DNA of 64,000 nucleotides from Balanoglossus misakiensis (Eukaryota > Animalia > Hemichordata). The DNA lies in the NCBI GenBank assembly GCA_040954595.2, contig CM082590.2, positions 5,084,001-5,148,000 on the forward strand, given 5' to 3'. Made by a program: the position numbers and the translations under genes. Numbering within the stretch: position 1 is the stretch's first letter; every line of letters starts with the position of its first letter. This document shows positions 13,101-26,979 of the stretch, piece by piece. The notes beneath the pieces are model-generated. The model did no database searches, was not told the DNA's origin, and worked only from the letters and a program-made list of their open reading frames with translations.

Positions 13101-15062
13101 CTGAGGGAATACAACAAAAATGTGTCACTGAAAATCCCTGACTATAACCGTCTAAGGGAACACACAGTACGGTATTTCATTAAACATGCACTGTAACACA
13201 CATTCTGAAACATTCATTTTGAGATGGCACAACATGTTTTGCCGACACTTTTTTTTTCTTTTTTTTTTTGGGGGGGGGGGATAAATTTATAGTAGGATAC
13301 ATCCCAGTCGTCCACGTAATGGACATGAATGCATGATGTGATGATAGGGCATTGTACTTTGAGGGTACATTGACATCACAGGTATTCTTTTACTTGAGAT
13401 TTATGATACACGCGTGTGTTGTTTTCATTTGAAGATATTCTCTGTACAATACCTCAAACTGACAATGATCTAAATATTATAAAAGCCTAGACAGCAGTTT
13501 CATTACCCCTTAAAAGAGCTTTTGCATTAGCCAATCAAAGAACACCAATTATGAATGAAAGGTAAGAAATATGCGGAACCACTATTGACATTCAAATGAT
13601 TATGGTGGACTTCAGCCAGACAACTTTTTTTAGTCTCGCCAGCCAGACCTCTCTCTCTGTCATTAAACGGCATAGCCACACGAAGTGCGCCACGAGCGGT
13701 GAAGCCACAAGAATCGAGCATCGGAGATAACGTCGCCGCTTGTGACGCACTTCTTGGCCTGGCCGCGACGTCGACGGATTGTGAGGACTGGCAGGCGAGT
13801 AGTCTCGGTTATCCAGAGCCCTCTGCTTCTTCCGTTGGGCACTCCAGAAATAGGGTTTGGGGAAATACCATAGACAAATCGATGGCCGACTTGAGACAAA
13901 AGGCGATGCAGAAGCGGTCCAGAAATATCATGCAAGGGGTGGAGGGAACAGCGTTCAGCCGTCTCCATGGACTCTTGCACGCTCAAATGACGGATGCAAT
14001 GCACTGAGTGTGTTGAAAGCTGCATCTGCTGGCTCTGAACCTTTAGCCCAACCAAAGTCATCTAAGTAATTAATGCATCGGTACACACAAACATACGACA
14101 CAACCCAACACAGAACTCAGCACTCGGCATGAACTGAAAGCAGCAAATGCTCCAGCGAAGCCAGAGTTATGACCGTATGTACATGTAGACTCATACACAT
14201 CTGAATGTCAAGTTTGCATTGGCTTTTTGGCTGCCAAACAGAAAGTTTGTTTCAGGGTTTTGACAAATATCTTTGGAGTAGGCAAGTGACAGGCGCGCAT
14301 CAGGAAACACATTATATCTCATGAAACGCGGGGACAGTGGGATTTTCACCATTACCTACACAGTCATCAACTTTGATAACATGTGGTGGGAAAGTATATA
14401 AAATAAAATTAGACGTGACCATAGCAACACGTGACAAAAGGCGAGCCAAGTTCTGACAGGAACATTGCGATCGTTCTGTTGAACTTGTAGGGCTTCCCAA
14501 CAGCCAGCAATCTGGACTTATCAACTGAAGACATACAGCTGTGGAAACGCAGCTGTTCTGCCGGGAGGGGGAGAGAGAGATGCGGGGAATTAGTATATCC
14601 CCTCCCCCCGGTGGAACAGCTGCATTTCCACAGCTACTGAAGATCCGAAAAAGTGTTTTAATTCCACTTTGCTCGTGCAACGGAAGATCCGGAACGTGTT
14701 TTGCTTTCCAAAAATCTACGCTGGACGCCCATTTGTGTAATACGCCCTTTACGGTAATAATAAACTTTACCCGGAAACGCCTACACTAGATGATTTCATG
14801 TCTTCGTACCAACACAGAGAAATAAACTGTCAGGTTTAATCCCCCTGAAATTTTTCCTTGCCTCAATGCAAAGTACAGAATAATTTTTCAAGACATAAAC
14901 CTACCGTGTTATGGCAAGTGTCCACGGCTGTTTAGCCAACATCACGAAACTTATTATAGGCTTATATGAGCATTTGTGAACAGATAAACAGTTAGGCGTG
15001 GGTCACACTATATATGGCTCACTCGATATACTCAAAAGTGAATTCGTTCGTCTAAAAATATA

Positions 15063-17140
15063 TGTAACCCGGTTTACAAAATAAACCATGTGATAGTCAT
15101 GTGATATACTGTCCCAAGGGAGGATCATTTCCCTCCAAATAGGGTCACGTGATAAAAGTTTCAGTCACGTAATGACTTTTCCTATATAAAACAATGTGAG
15201 ACCGTCAAGTTTTAGCCCGCTGATGGTTAACACTTCTGTGGATAAAGTGTTTGAAATTTGCAGCGTTTCTTGTTAGGGAATGGCCCAGAGACGGTGTGGT
15301 TGGTCTTTCGAACAGTTTTATTTGAAACCTACAGGTACGTTAACTCATTCTTTGTGATGCAGAATCGAGCATCTCTCTCTCGCTGCCCTTTTCTTATTAA
15401 TTTTGTTTGATACAAGACACAGTTTACGTTAATGTACATGTGGATATACAGTGAATCAAAGTTCAACCACACACAACTTCCATCCGGTTTGTAGCATATG
15501 CGATTAAAAATCCAGCCCAAATGAAAAAATGGTAAACACTGATTATTCATTTTGGCGAGTTTTTCACTTTCGTGTCTACAAGTGGGATGGAAGTTGTGTG
15601 TGGTCGTATGTTGAATCACTATATATCCACATGTAGAATAACATAAACATTGTCTTGTATCAAACAAAATTATTGGAAAAAGGGCAGCGAGAGAGACTTT
15701 GTCCCTTTAAATGTTAAATGACTTGTAAGGTCAAAGCATTGTTATTGCTGTGGAGTGCCTTTGTCCTTTGCCGTGTTCGGAGCATATTTGAGAAAACAAC
15801 CTCGTGGTTTCAGTACCGTAGTTAGTATTGCGGCCGGACTAGGTTATTACCAGAATTTTAGAAAGAAAGTTTGAAGTTGTAGTTTGTTTACAGTGTTTAT
15901 ATTTGACCTTCAGTAAACAATCGGTGGCTTATGTAACGCCATTTTAGTTTTATCTTTGAACCACAGGCGCTTGTATAGATGCTATTTCAGTTTTCTATTA
16001 ATTGTAAAGTGACTAAAAACGATAAATCAGTTGCTTAGACGATCTCCCGAATTTGCGTCAAACGAGCGCTCTCGCTATGTTCGGGCCTAGGCCTATACCC
16101 CACTGACACATAAAGAGATTAAAGGTAGGAAAGCTCTCGCTGGTCACATTTCTGAAATCGACAAAATAAAGTGGTTGCTGGCAATTCCAGAGTCTCAAAC
16201 TTAACACCAAGCATTCACAGTGCTCACAAAATCGATCGACGCCTTTCTTTTACCTAACTCACCCAATCGATCCCTTAAAATGCGGAAAAAATCGCTATCT
16301 CTCTGTCCAGACAAACTCAGCTTGCCCAACCATTTTGAAAGGTCATTCACCTAGAAACTTGCGCAGGCGCATACATTCTGTCATAACCATGGCGTCATTT
16401 TAGAAACTTTAAAACGCCTGTGAAATCAAGGCGCATTTTGGAAAATGTATTAAAAATAGATTTCTCGAAGGTCACTAGAAATGCATGTTACGTGACCACT
16501 GTATAAAAAAGGTGGTTGGGCACAGTGACTGCGTGTACTTGTTCCATATGTAGTATGCGCATGTACACGTTTCTAAGTGAATGACCCATCATCTTTGTTT
16601 ACAAAATGAGATGTCTTTCGAACTAGTTTTATTTGAAACCTACAGAACTGTGCTGAGTGTTGAATTCGGAACTGTGGATTGTATACTATTGCAAGCCCGA
16701 GTGGGAAGCCCTAGATGCGTGCGTGTGTATAGGAAAATACCCGTTGCCGTGTGTGGAGGGATACTCGTCTGCAACGTAGATCGTGACAACACAGGCCAGG
16801 ACTCGCCGGTTGCCAGGGACCGATTTACGATGTTGACACAGCCAGATCCGTATCATCGCTTATTCGCGGTTTAGCAGAACAGCTAAGTTGAATAGACTGT
16901 AGGGTTTCTGTTTTGATGAACACTGGACTTATTTGGACTAGTGGATTTCTATGCCGGTCATTTATTCAGTGTTTCGATCATTGTAAAGCGACCCATATTT
17001 CTGTTAGATAGTTCTCTAGTTATCATAGCAATAAAATAGCAATACTGTTGACTGCTAACAATTTGTGCGATATCTGTTCTTGTTGTTGACCTTGAATGTT
17101 GACTTGTGTTGTGAATAACCAAATCAAACTCTGGGTTACA
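15063..17140. mobile_element. TG...CA element (solo-LTR-like, or Ginger-like) with nested insertions
   Basis: TGTAACCC...GGGTTACA inverted termini flanked by a perfect 4-bp TATA duplication; TATA-like CTATATAAAA at ~15183; no coding capacity. Confidence 0.6.
15371..15706. mobile_element. Kolobok-like MITE (family also at 30088-30401 and 61640-61920)
   Basis: Right end GAGACTTTGTCCCT|TTAA; the copy at 61640 starts TTAA|AGGGACAAAGTCTC; internal sequence is shared among the three copies. Confidence 0.65.
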
Positions 17141-17352
17141 TATATAAGAATTCCACATAGCCACGGACCAAAAACTAACCTCAAACTCTTTCATACTCTG
17201 CATAATATTAGTATATATGTGTGTCGGTTTATTGCAGTAACACTAGTTTCGTGATTGACATCCCGAATGTCGTCAACACTACAAAATATAAGTACAGTGT
17301 CACCTTTTTGGCCGTTTGGGCTTTTGGTGAGTGAGCATGTAAAGCCACTTAC

Positions 17353-17451
17353 CGCATCTTTAGCATTGACGTCAGCTCCATGGTCGATCAACACTTGTGC
17401 CACTTCCAGTTTATTTTCCCTGGCTGCAGCATGCAATGCTGTGGATTCATC
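17353..17451 (-). CDS. Ankyrin-repeat gene, coding exon 3 (99 nt, phase 0-0): DESTALHAAARENKLEVAQVLIDHGADVNAKDA
   Basis: tttaag| acceptor and |gtaagt donor; canonical TALH..A...GADVNAKD ankyrin repeat. Confidence 0.93.
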
Positions 17452-17787
17452 CTTAAATTGACAAATTCATTTGAATTAAAATAAACACAAGCTATGTTCC
17501 AATGTTGGACTTGTAAGGTGACATGGCTATAATTTCACTGGAATCGAATTGTAACTATAAGTGTTGACTGATATTATGAGTTAAATGTGTGTAGCATATA
17601 TAGTTGTTTCAGACCAAAACACACTATTGTTTCAGAGAACATTTATAACGTGTCCTATAGATTTTTCTAACAAGTGTAACACTATTAAATTCTAATATAA
17701 TGTAGCGCACTATACATGTTTATGCACACTCATAGGTGCAACAGGTCTTAATATCATTTCATAAATTACATTGATATGTTGAAATTT

Positions 17788-18190
17788 CCAATCACACCAA
17801 GTACTCTAACAGATAAACATTGCAGACGTGATACACCAGACACATACAATCCCTCGTGTTTCTCTGTTGATGTAAGTTGAAGTCTGGCCCGCTATGAACC
17901 CAACATTGGCATGGGACATCTTGAAATTTTCAATCACACTAAGTACTCTAACAGATAAACATGGCGGATATGATACACCAGACACATACAATCCTCGTGT
18001 TTCTCTGTTGATGTAAGTTTAGGCCAAGCCCTCTATGAACCCAACATTGGCATGGGACATCTTGAAATTTTCAATCTCACCAAGTACTCTAACAGATAAA
18101 CATGGCGGACGTGATACACCCGACACACACAATCCCGTTTCTCTGTTGATGTAAGTTAATATTTAGGTATAGCCTGCTATGAGCCCAACG
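17788..18190. repeat. ~140-bp tandem repeat, about 3 copies
   Basis: CAATC(A/T)CAC(C/T)AAGTACTCTAACAGATAAACAT recurs at ~17789, 17932 and 18072. Confidence 0.85.
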
Positions 18191-18562
18191 TTGGTACGTA
18201 CGGTACATCAATGTTATAATTATTTAATGTTGCCAGAAAACACCAGAAAAAGAATTGTCTAAACCAGTCTGGACATTTCTCTCAAATGTGTCTTTTTTTT
18301 AAAAAGCGTTTGTAGTATCCATTGAATGGAAGTGAAATTACCTATGTTTTTTTTTTAATTTTAAACTCTAAACGTTCACCGAATTTAACAAAAAACACAG
18401 AAGGAAAATTGTGGTCACGCAAATAAGTGTGAAAGTGGAGTTCAGTAAACAAATTGAATTCGCCCTTCTAATAAACATAAGAAAGTTCCTTGTTGAATTT
18501 ATGTGACCAATCTGATTAAAATCAGATGTAGAGTTAGGCGTTGTCTTTACCCGTGGTGATCA

Positions 18563-18611
18563 TTTTTAGCTCACGTGAAAATCACGTGAGCTTATGGTTT
18601 AGCGATGTCTG

Positions 18612-18652
<41 letters not shown>

Positions 18653-20690
18653 GTGTGTGTGTCTGTCTGTCTGTATACCCGATATCTCAAGAACCGCTGA
18701 ACCGATTTCAACCAAATTTAGTACACAGGTTCATATATCATATGACAAGAACTGAAAAGGTTTTGGTGGGTGTGGCTTTGATATTAATGAAGTTATTAAA
18801 GTTTTAATTTTTCTATTACATGGTTGTCTATGAGAGCTTTCGTTAATGCCGCATATATAACCAGTGGAAACGATAGTTTGAGGAGATCGACTGTTTGAGG
18901 GCGCTGTGAAATGAGACATTCCTGGCGATATTGCCGTGGTTCTGTCCATGCTCAGACGCTGTACCCGTCGTTACGAATAACTTCCCTACGTGAATCCACA
19001 AGGAAGCTAACGTTGTTTAGTTGCTTCATAGAGCTTAAATTGTTAATCTACAGGACCGTCAGACGAATACTCTTTTCAAATGAAGATTGAAACTACTTAC
19101 GAGTAAGTTAGTGGAGACAATATGGCGGATAGTTGGCGTGCAGCCGAATCCGCGTTATGACTATGACGTGACCCATTCATCAAGACAAACCGTAAATGAT
19201 TCACGCATATTGTGGTCCTCACGCAGTCAATCTCAAAATGTCACCAGGCTTTCTATTTGTCTATTGTTCAGAGAAAAATAACATGGTGGTTGATCACACT
19301 CAACAGTAAAATCCGTTTTGTGTGTTTATACTATTATAGACAGTCTGTTATCGCCAATACTATATAGCGATTGCTAGATGGCCTACCCAATATGTGATCG
19401 AGCGAGAATGATAACATTGAATGTCTGTTCAGATCTCATTCCGTACGTCATACGTCAACATTTCGATTTCGATTTAATCCATTCATAAAGAATTTAGAGA
19501 AAGTCGTCTTGAATTGTGACCCTGACTATCAATTTTACGATGATTTTTTGGCGACGGAATACACGAGACGCCATTGCATAACTACGTCAGCTGGACTTCC
19601 AAGGTTACCATTTTGTGTGTATGGAATCTTATCACAGAGACTACGTACTTTGACAATATGCCATGCTATATCAATGACGCCCCAGAAAATTTGTCGAAAA
19701 ATGAATTTGTCTTCTCATGGTGGTGCAATATATTTTAATGTCTATTTTGAGGTTGATTTTGGTTTTTGGCTTACATGTATATCAATGTCAGCTTATAGCA
19801 TAAGTTGGTGTCCGTCGTCTATGTATGTCTGTATGTGTGCCTCATACAAAATTATGTATTTTGTGAATGGATCAGTTTCGTCTAAATGTATTGTATGTAT
19901 GTGTATGTCCATCAACATCAAAAACTTGAAACTACTGATATTTAGTGTGTACATAGAAATTGTTATTGCAAAAAAATGCATACTGGTATTGACTGGAAAA
20001 ATGTTCAAATAGTCAAAATTGAAAAACTTAATAACAGCGGATCAGATTCAGTTAAAAATTGGCGTGCATTGGTGTGCAAGTACTTTGGGAAGACCTCGTA
20101 TGATTTTGTTCAGGTGGAGTCAGTATCTGGCGTTTGCTATTTTTTATGAATTTTTTGGGGAATTTTCTGCAGTTTTGTTAAAAAAAATTCTTCTCTGAAA
20201 TTACATGTCCAATTGATTGGAAACTTGGTATGGAGGTTCATAGGGCTTACCTGAATCACATTTGTGCAAACGGTGGTGAAATTTGCAAAAATGCATTTTT
20301 TGGCAATATTTCCTGTTTTTGTCAAAAAATCAAATCCTGTGAAACTGTAAGTGCAATTGTTTTGATACTTTGTATTTGGGTTTCTAGGGGTGATCTCAGT
20401 CAGATATGATCAAATTGTAAAGAAATTTGCATAATTGTATTTTTGGGAATTTCTGCAGGGTTTGGCCAAATAGTCTTCAGTAAAACCACAAGTCCAATTG
20501 ATTGGAAACTTTGAATGGGAATTCATATATGTGATATCAGTCAGATTTGTCTGAATTACCTGTTGTTTGCCAAAATGTCTTCCTTATTGAATTTTGTTCA
20601 AGAGGCATGAACAGAAATCAGATTTGTTGAAATCTGGTGAAATATTCATACTTTTTGGTATATTTCTTGCCATTTTTGATCAAAGAGTTT
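18563..20690 (+). mobile_element. Non-autonomous Helentron-type (HINE/DINE-1-like) element; right boundary approximate
   Basis: 5' TTTTTAGCTCACGTG..CACGTGAGCTT inverted repeat, then a (TG)n/(TGTA)n/(TGTC)n microsatellite and degenerate internal tandem repeats at ~20140-20660. Confidence 0.65.
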
Positions 20691-21993
20691 TAGAATTCCA
20701 TAGACTTATCTTTTTATGCAGTTCAGGATGGGATACATGACTCATAACCCCTTACAAAAATTGACAAGGCAACAATTCCACAAACATGTTTACATTTCAC
20801 AATGGTGCAACACACAACCCTTACACCATATACACTATAAACCAAAATGGTTTAACACTGGTTTTTCTAATCTTGTTATTCTGTCAACCAATCACAGTAC
20901 TGCACGTGAGCATATTCAGTTAATATCTGGTGGCTGTTCTGTTCTCTGTCTTGGCCGTTCTCGGGTGAACGGTCCCTTTCCGAACAGAAAAGCCAAGAAT
21001 CAGCAATAGTAAAGACACCGCCTAATTCCACATCCGATTTAATCAGATAGTTTTGTGACAATCAGAGACGGTCCCTAAGCTTACAATGGCACATAATGCA
21101 TGGGGCAAATGCAATCACTAGCTTCCTCCACAAATAAAGATTTCGTCCAAATGGCAACTCTCCAGCCTGCAATGACACAGATTCCACATATTCTTCGGGT
21201 GTCCGCAAATGAAACATTTCAGCCTGGCCTTGTCACGACTCTGATATTCTCCCTGTATTCCCCATAGACAAGCACTATGTCCTTACTCTGGCATTGTTCT
21301 ATGTCCATCGAGGTACAATAACATGTTCATCTCCACACATGTGTGTTTACTCAATCAAGTAATTTCTACATGTAACAAATCCATCGAATAGCCAGAAAAA
21401 ATAAATAGTACAATCAATCAACAGCTGCCCCACCTCAAAGATTGAAATCACGCCTGAAGAATACACTTGTAATACAAACACCACAGACTAAAGAAATCCG
21501 CACTTTTTGTTTATAAGGGCAATCAACGGCACTCTTTTCCATGATCATATTCACCTGAATTCCGGATTGGCTTACGACACAGGATTTTTAATCTATATTG
21601 TGTTGCTTTTGGGGTTTCAATTATTTGTAAACACTTTCATGTTTTATGACATTTGCAAACATCGATCTGGATTTGTCAATAACCTCGCCATAGACTGTTA
21701 TTGATCACAATATACGGATACCTGGACATTTCATTCAACACTATGTTCTTATTCGTTTGGGTTTCAAATTTCTCTTTCTAACCTCAAATTGCTATAAGAG
21801 AAACAAAGGAGGAAACAAGCTTTATTTCCTGACAAGTTTTCTATTTCAAATGCATTAAGCTTGTATATGAAACACAGGAAAGTTTTGTGTTCATCAATAA
21901 AGTCAAGGTCAAAACTGTTGTCGCTTCAGATTCGTTACCTGTGTGACTTTGTTGTACGTGTGAAATGTTGAGTGAGGCAGTGTAAATACTTAC

Positions 21994-22092
21994 CCAGCCA
22001 GAGTATACACCCTTTGCATTGACATCGTACCCATCAGCTATCAACGACTGAATCCTTGCAACATCACCATCCCCAGTGGCTTTAATGAGATC
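21994..22092 (-). CDS. Ankyrin-repeat gene, coding exon 2 (99 nt, phase 0-0), N-cap-like repeat: DLIKATGDGDVARIQSLIADGYDVNAKGVYSGW
   Basis: gttatag| acceptor and |gtaagt donor; L..A...GD...I..LI..G.DVNAK pattern. Confidence 0.9.
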
Positions 22093-22274
22093 CTATAACA
22101 TTCAGTGAAACATACAATTGTTATTTTTTAAATATTCCGTTAAAAATAAAATTCTTCAGTATTTGAACTGATCTTCGATAATGAATAAACAAAATCACAA
22201 ACACCAAGAAAGTGCACTGTTACATCACATTGTATAAACATTTTGCATCGATGATATGGTAACCCTTACGGAAA

Positions 22275-23482
22275 AAAAATAGCGTCAAGGACACTGTGGT
22301 CCCATTTGAGGATTATGCGGAAACAGTGACACACCAGAATATGAGATATGATCGTAGGATATAGAAATATGGAATGTAACAAAATTAACAAGGAACATGC
22401 CCAATAAACTGTCAAATTGCAAAGCAATCTGGCATGTGGTTTTAAAGAAAAAATATAGCTGCAAGCAGCAATAGCGGGCCCAAGCCAACATAGAACATAG
22501 CAACATAGCAAAAAGCATATCTGCTCTGGATGCCAAGATATGGAAAAGTAGGTCAAAGGTCACCTGAGGTCATGCAAAATTTGGGCAAGAAATGTTGACC
22601 CTATACTGGTCCATGTTCAACAAAAACCAAACCTATAGCCCTATTGGTTAGCCTGGAATTAGGTATGCACATAATTAATGAGATATGCAGGTGTCACAGG
22701 TGACCCATAATCTGGCTTCATAATTTTAGTCCCTACCCTCCAAACGCCAAGTCTGTACCTGCTCTGGATGCCGAGATATAGGAAAGTAGGTCAAAGGTCA
22801 CCTGAGGTCACCTAAAATTTGGGCAAAATTTTTTGATCCCATACTGGTCCATGTTCCACAAGAACGAAACCTCTAGCCCTATTAGTTAGCCCGGAATTAG
22901 GTATGCACATAATTAATGTGTTAAGCAGGTGTTAAAGGTGAGCTCAAAAATTCGCCTTTTATTTTGGCCGCATTGTGCTTACTTACCAATAGACAGTCAC
23001 TGTACAGGACTATTGCACAGACCAGAATTCCACAATAAGACGTGGACATAGCTTAACCATAGAGGTATAAGTAAAGGTATAAATTTAATAAAAAGACTAA
23101 AAAATTCATAAAAAATAAATGATATTAACTTAACACTTACAGGTCGATGTGAGGTTGACATAAGGTACATGCATACCAATTTTTAAAGCAATCTGACCAG
23201 TAGTTGTTGACTTTCAGAGTTTTGATAAATTTCACATTTTACGGGCTAATTTGCATATTTTTGGGCCTGGCAACTTCGTTTGAACAAACTCCCATCTACA
23301 GCCCAGCCTGCACCTACACACCAAATATTGAGGTGATACGCACAGCGGTTTTCAAGTTTTTGATGTGGACGGACATACAGACATACATACATCCATCCAT
23401 ACATACATACATACATACATACAGACGCAACCGATCCCATAAGGTCCCATGGTATATAGGCCTATACCAATGGGACCTAAAA
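22275..23482 (-). mobile_element. Second Helentron-type non-autonomous element; left boundary approximate
   Basis: The minus strand begins TTTTAGGTCCCAT...ATGGGACCTTAT followed by (TATG)n; internal ~240-bp tandem duplication at 22520-22940. Confidence 0.6.
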
Positions 23483-24437
23483 AGGGCCTGTTCCAAACTC
23501 CTCCCGCAAATCTGCAGCAGGATTCTGCAAACTCACTGCAAACTGTTGCTGCAAAGTGGCAAACAGTCCTGATTTTACCATGCAAATTAGGGGACTTGCA
23601 AATTTGCTGCAAACTTCCAGCAACAAGATTTTGAATACTGCAGTGAGTTCACAGCAATTTGAATACTGCAGTGAGTTCACAGCAATCAAGATTGCCACCT
23701 TGGAAATTTGAACATTGCAGGGAGTTTGCAGCAAAGCCAATTAACTAGGGGTACCATTGAACCCCCCCCCCCCCACACACACACAAACAAACACACTTTT
23801 TCTCTGCTTGAAAATAAATGAAGCAACATTAGATAAAAGGTTATTTTTACATCTTAAAAAACTTCCCACCTACACTATTGACGAAGGTGGTGCTCATGAT
23901 TTAAGATAGTTATTTTGTTTACAATTGCTTTAAGAATTTCCAATTAATGTTGATTTTGCAATGACAAAGCCTTTGCTTCAGACTCAGTGTACATTCCAGA
24001 TGTAGCACGATTGAGAAATTGCAGTTTTTACCATGAAATATCGTACCTCTACGAAAAACAACTGTCAAATAAATTATCATTGGCCATTCAATGCACATAC
24101 AAAGACGACCAGCTTCTATATTTAAACACGTTCACTCATGATTTAAACACAAGAAATGAATGCTTAGACACATGGCGATATCCTTGTAATAATGTCAGGA
24201 CGTTTATTAATAAATCAATCCCGGTTAAAGAATGCAAACATAGTTCATTTCGTTGCAATATCCAACAGTACAGACAACAAGTAACAGTAAATTTGCCTGG
24301 TGTTTAAAACTAAATGCGAGATGGTCATGAACGGAACTGAACTGACTCGCCGGCGCCCATTACAGCAACAATGAACAGTATGCCGTATGGACGGACGCGA
24401 CTGACAACATGCAGCAAAGTCTAGCTAAAAGATTTAC

Positions 24438-24650
24438 CTATCTTTTAACGATCAATTCATCAAAACGGCATCATCGCTGATGGTATAAAATCGCCCTTTC
24501 CGAATGGATGAGGATGATAAACATGTCTGACGAACACTGGGACCGCGACATAATCCTTAGAAGTGTTTACAACAAGAAAACCGTTAAAATATGGCGGGTG
24601 TACCTCGCGCATGCGCACAACGCTATTTTCGTGTCATAACCGGAAATACA
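24438..24650 (-). promoter_or_regulatory. Candidate intronic promoter and non-coding first exon
   Basis: YY1-like AAAATATGGCGG (~24586), NRF1 GCGCATGCGC (~24607) and ETS CCGGAA (~24640) cluster together, with a minus-strand AG|GTAAAT donor at ~24437. Confidence 0.4.
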
Positions 24651-24815
24651 GCTCAGAGCTATAATAGTGATCGACTGTGAGTTAGGATCGACTGACTATA
24701 TTTATAAAAGAAAAATATTGATGTAGGATTTGAGTAACCATGAAATATACTCATTTTTTGGGGGGAAAAGTATGCTTTATTAAATGTAGGGATCTTGTAC
24801 ACTATGCATGGGACC

Positions 24816-24875
24816 TAGCCTGGCCCCAGACCAGTGTTTAGAATTTATAAAACACACTGGTCTGGGGCCAGGCTA
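24816..24875. mobile_element. 60-bp hairpin mini-element, TAG...CTA ends, 9-bp TSD (Academ-like)
   Basis: TAGCCTGGCCCCAGACCAGTGT...ACACTGGTCTGGGGCCAGGCTA flanked by CATGGGACC on both sides. Confidence 0.85.
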
Positions 24876-26881
24876 CATGGGACCATGTACACTATGTATA
24901 CGGCATGGAACCAAAGTTTTTTTAGAACCTGCAGTCCTCAACTTTCAGCGTTTTGCAAGTTTGTTTAACACTTGTGGCAAGTGTGTATTATACAAGCTTG
25001 TCTGGGGCGGTTCACAAGCTGTATTCAAGCTTGTAATTTTAAGCCGTAATCTTATCCAAGCTTGTAAAACCTTTATACAAGCTAAAAGCTAGCATTTCAA
25101 AGTTGTGTCATCCTTGCAGCAAGCTTGTACAAGGTTGTGACATCTTGGTGACTTTCGTAACTAATCCACAAGTTCAATTTGAATAGTTATAAATATCAAA
25201 TAATTTGCTGGTCTATCCTGGAATCAGAGCCAAAAATCTAACCTGGTCAACATTTAATTTGTAAAAAACTACTATCCAATGTGCTTGTTTTGCTCACCCC
25301 TCATTGTCAGCAATGGTAGATTACATTTGCTGAATGTGTGGCTGGAGACCATAGGACAGCATAGCCATGTACCCGGTACTAACACTGGGCCCAGACAATC
25401 TCTTTGTACAGTGTAGTTGTGACCTTTAATCTATAGATTGCTTGCTTCATTCTGACCATTAACAAGTTGCAGTGACTTCACAGCAACAGTTTTTATTTGC
25501 TGTAAATTCACTGCACAAGTTTGATTTGCTGTGAATTCTCTGCACAACATGTTTGGGGATTGTTCACTTTGCATTGAGTTTGCAGAATCTTGCAAACTTC
25601 TGCAAACCCTCTTATCAGCCAATCTGCAAACTATATGCCTGCTGGGTATTGGCAGCAAACTCATAACCATCTCCCAGCAAAAATATTTTTTCGTAAGGGA
25701 AAGTATTCTAATTACACATAAACGTACACGGCTTACACCAAAATATAGATACATGTACTGGAAAATGCCCGGATGAGCCCATGGACTCATGATAAGGCAA
25801 CGGTCTCAAGAGAACGGTGAAGAAATGAAATGAGAGTATCACTGTGAATGTTTGTCCAAACTGTGAGGGCAAGTTATTGTGTAGCTGTAGTAGTGTGTGG
25901 GTCGTGCGACAGCTTTGTATACCTGGTCGCTGATGTGCTTCCCAAGAAGCATTTTTGACAGTTTGAAAGGGTTTGCATGATTTCCATAAAAGATTCACTG
26001 TCCAGCCACTCTATTGTTATAGTCTACAGATTAGGGATGTCGTCCTGTTGGTCAGAACATGGAATCCACAACCGACGGTCAGCAATGAACGTCACAGCAC
26101 GGCTGTCACAACACGGCCAAACGGATAACACTTGTTTCCGTTGGGATCATCCACAAAGTCACGGTTGACGTAGACAAGCTGCTTTCTATCGGTTAGAATG
26201 TCTCACTTTTTTAGTAGTTAACCGTATGCGCATAGGGACTGGTCAGTTTCTTCGGCCGGGGGTGGATTCTATTTTGTGCACCCTCGGTCATCAAAATACA
26301 CTGTTGCCCTCATTGTCAGTCATCATGTGTATACTGCCCCATATATAGACACATTGCTAGACATGGTTACAAAGTAACACAGACATGGATTTCAATGGGT
26401 GTTTTATCTAAAGCTAGAACTTGCTCATAAAATTGTGTTTACTTAGGACTTGCTCAACCGGTAAAATTATTTTTGAAATATCGTTCAATGGAGACTTTGA
26501 CTTGTGAATTGAAAACATTGTGATAAGTGTGACTATTTTGTCAACTAGGTAATTGTTTGATTATGAATGCACTATCTAGCAATACACACAGACACTAGAA
26601 GTTTCTATGTTTTCCGTGTGTCGGGCAAGCTGACCCGTTGAAAAATGATAAACCTATTAGGCACCAACTAGCGCCACAAGTCTTAACGAAACAGTCATTT
26701 GTTTAGTGACCAAAATGTCTGGTTAAATTTACGTGCATGGGGTTGACGGGAGAAATTTTGAACAACAGTCCTCAGTCCACAAAACAAACAAAATATAAAC
26801 CACTCATAAAAACAGTCGTCGTACGCGTCACTGCCAGACATCGTTGCCTTTGGTGTGAAATGTTAGTTGTTACAGTTAACA

Positions 26882-26960
26882 TAGCTCTGCGTGGCAGGGC
26901 TGTGTTGTTACGGCGAGCCCACGGGTCGCCGTAACAACACAGCCCTGCCACGCAGAGCTA
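26882..26960. mobile_element. 79-bp hairpin mini-element, TAG...CTA ends, 9-bp TSD (Academ-like)
   Basis: Perfect 35-bp arms around a 9-nt loop, flanked by CAGTTAACA on both sides. Confidence 0.88.
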
Positions 26961-26979
26961 CAGTTAACAGTTCACTTAC

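Larger units (their letters stand above)
3502..15014. repeat. Tandem array of a ~2.9-3.6 kb intron+ankyrin-exon unit (about four copies, variably deleted or interrupted)
   Basis: The anchor GATTTATGATA..CG..TG..G/ATTTTCATTTGAAGAT recurs at 3502, 6843, 10457 and 13398. Long blocks are near-identical, e.g. 8100-9200, 10990-12090 and 13920-15014. Confidence 0.95.

Noticed and set aside
3649-14789. Recurrent 60-130 aa ORFs in the tandem units
   Set aside because: Frames and stops are not conserved between copies and no motifs are present; this is intronic repeat sequence.
20876-21300. Possible exon or pseudogene (Cys-rich reading on the minus strand)
   Set aside because: No recognisable motif or convincing splice-site pair.
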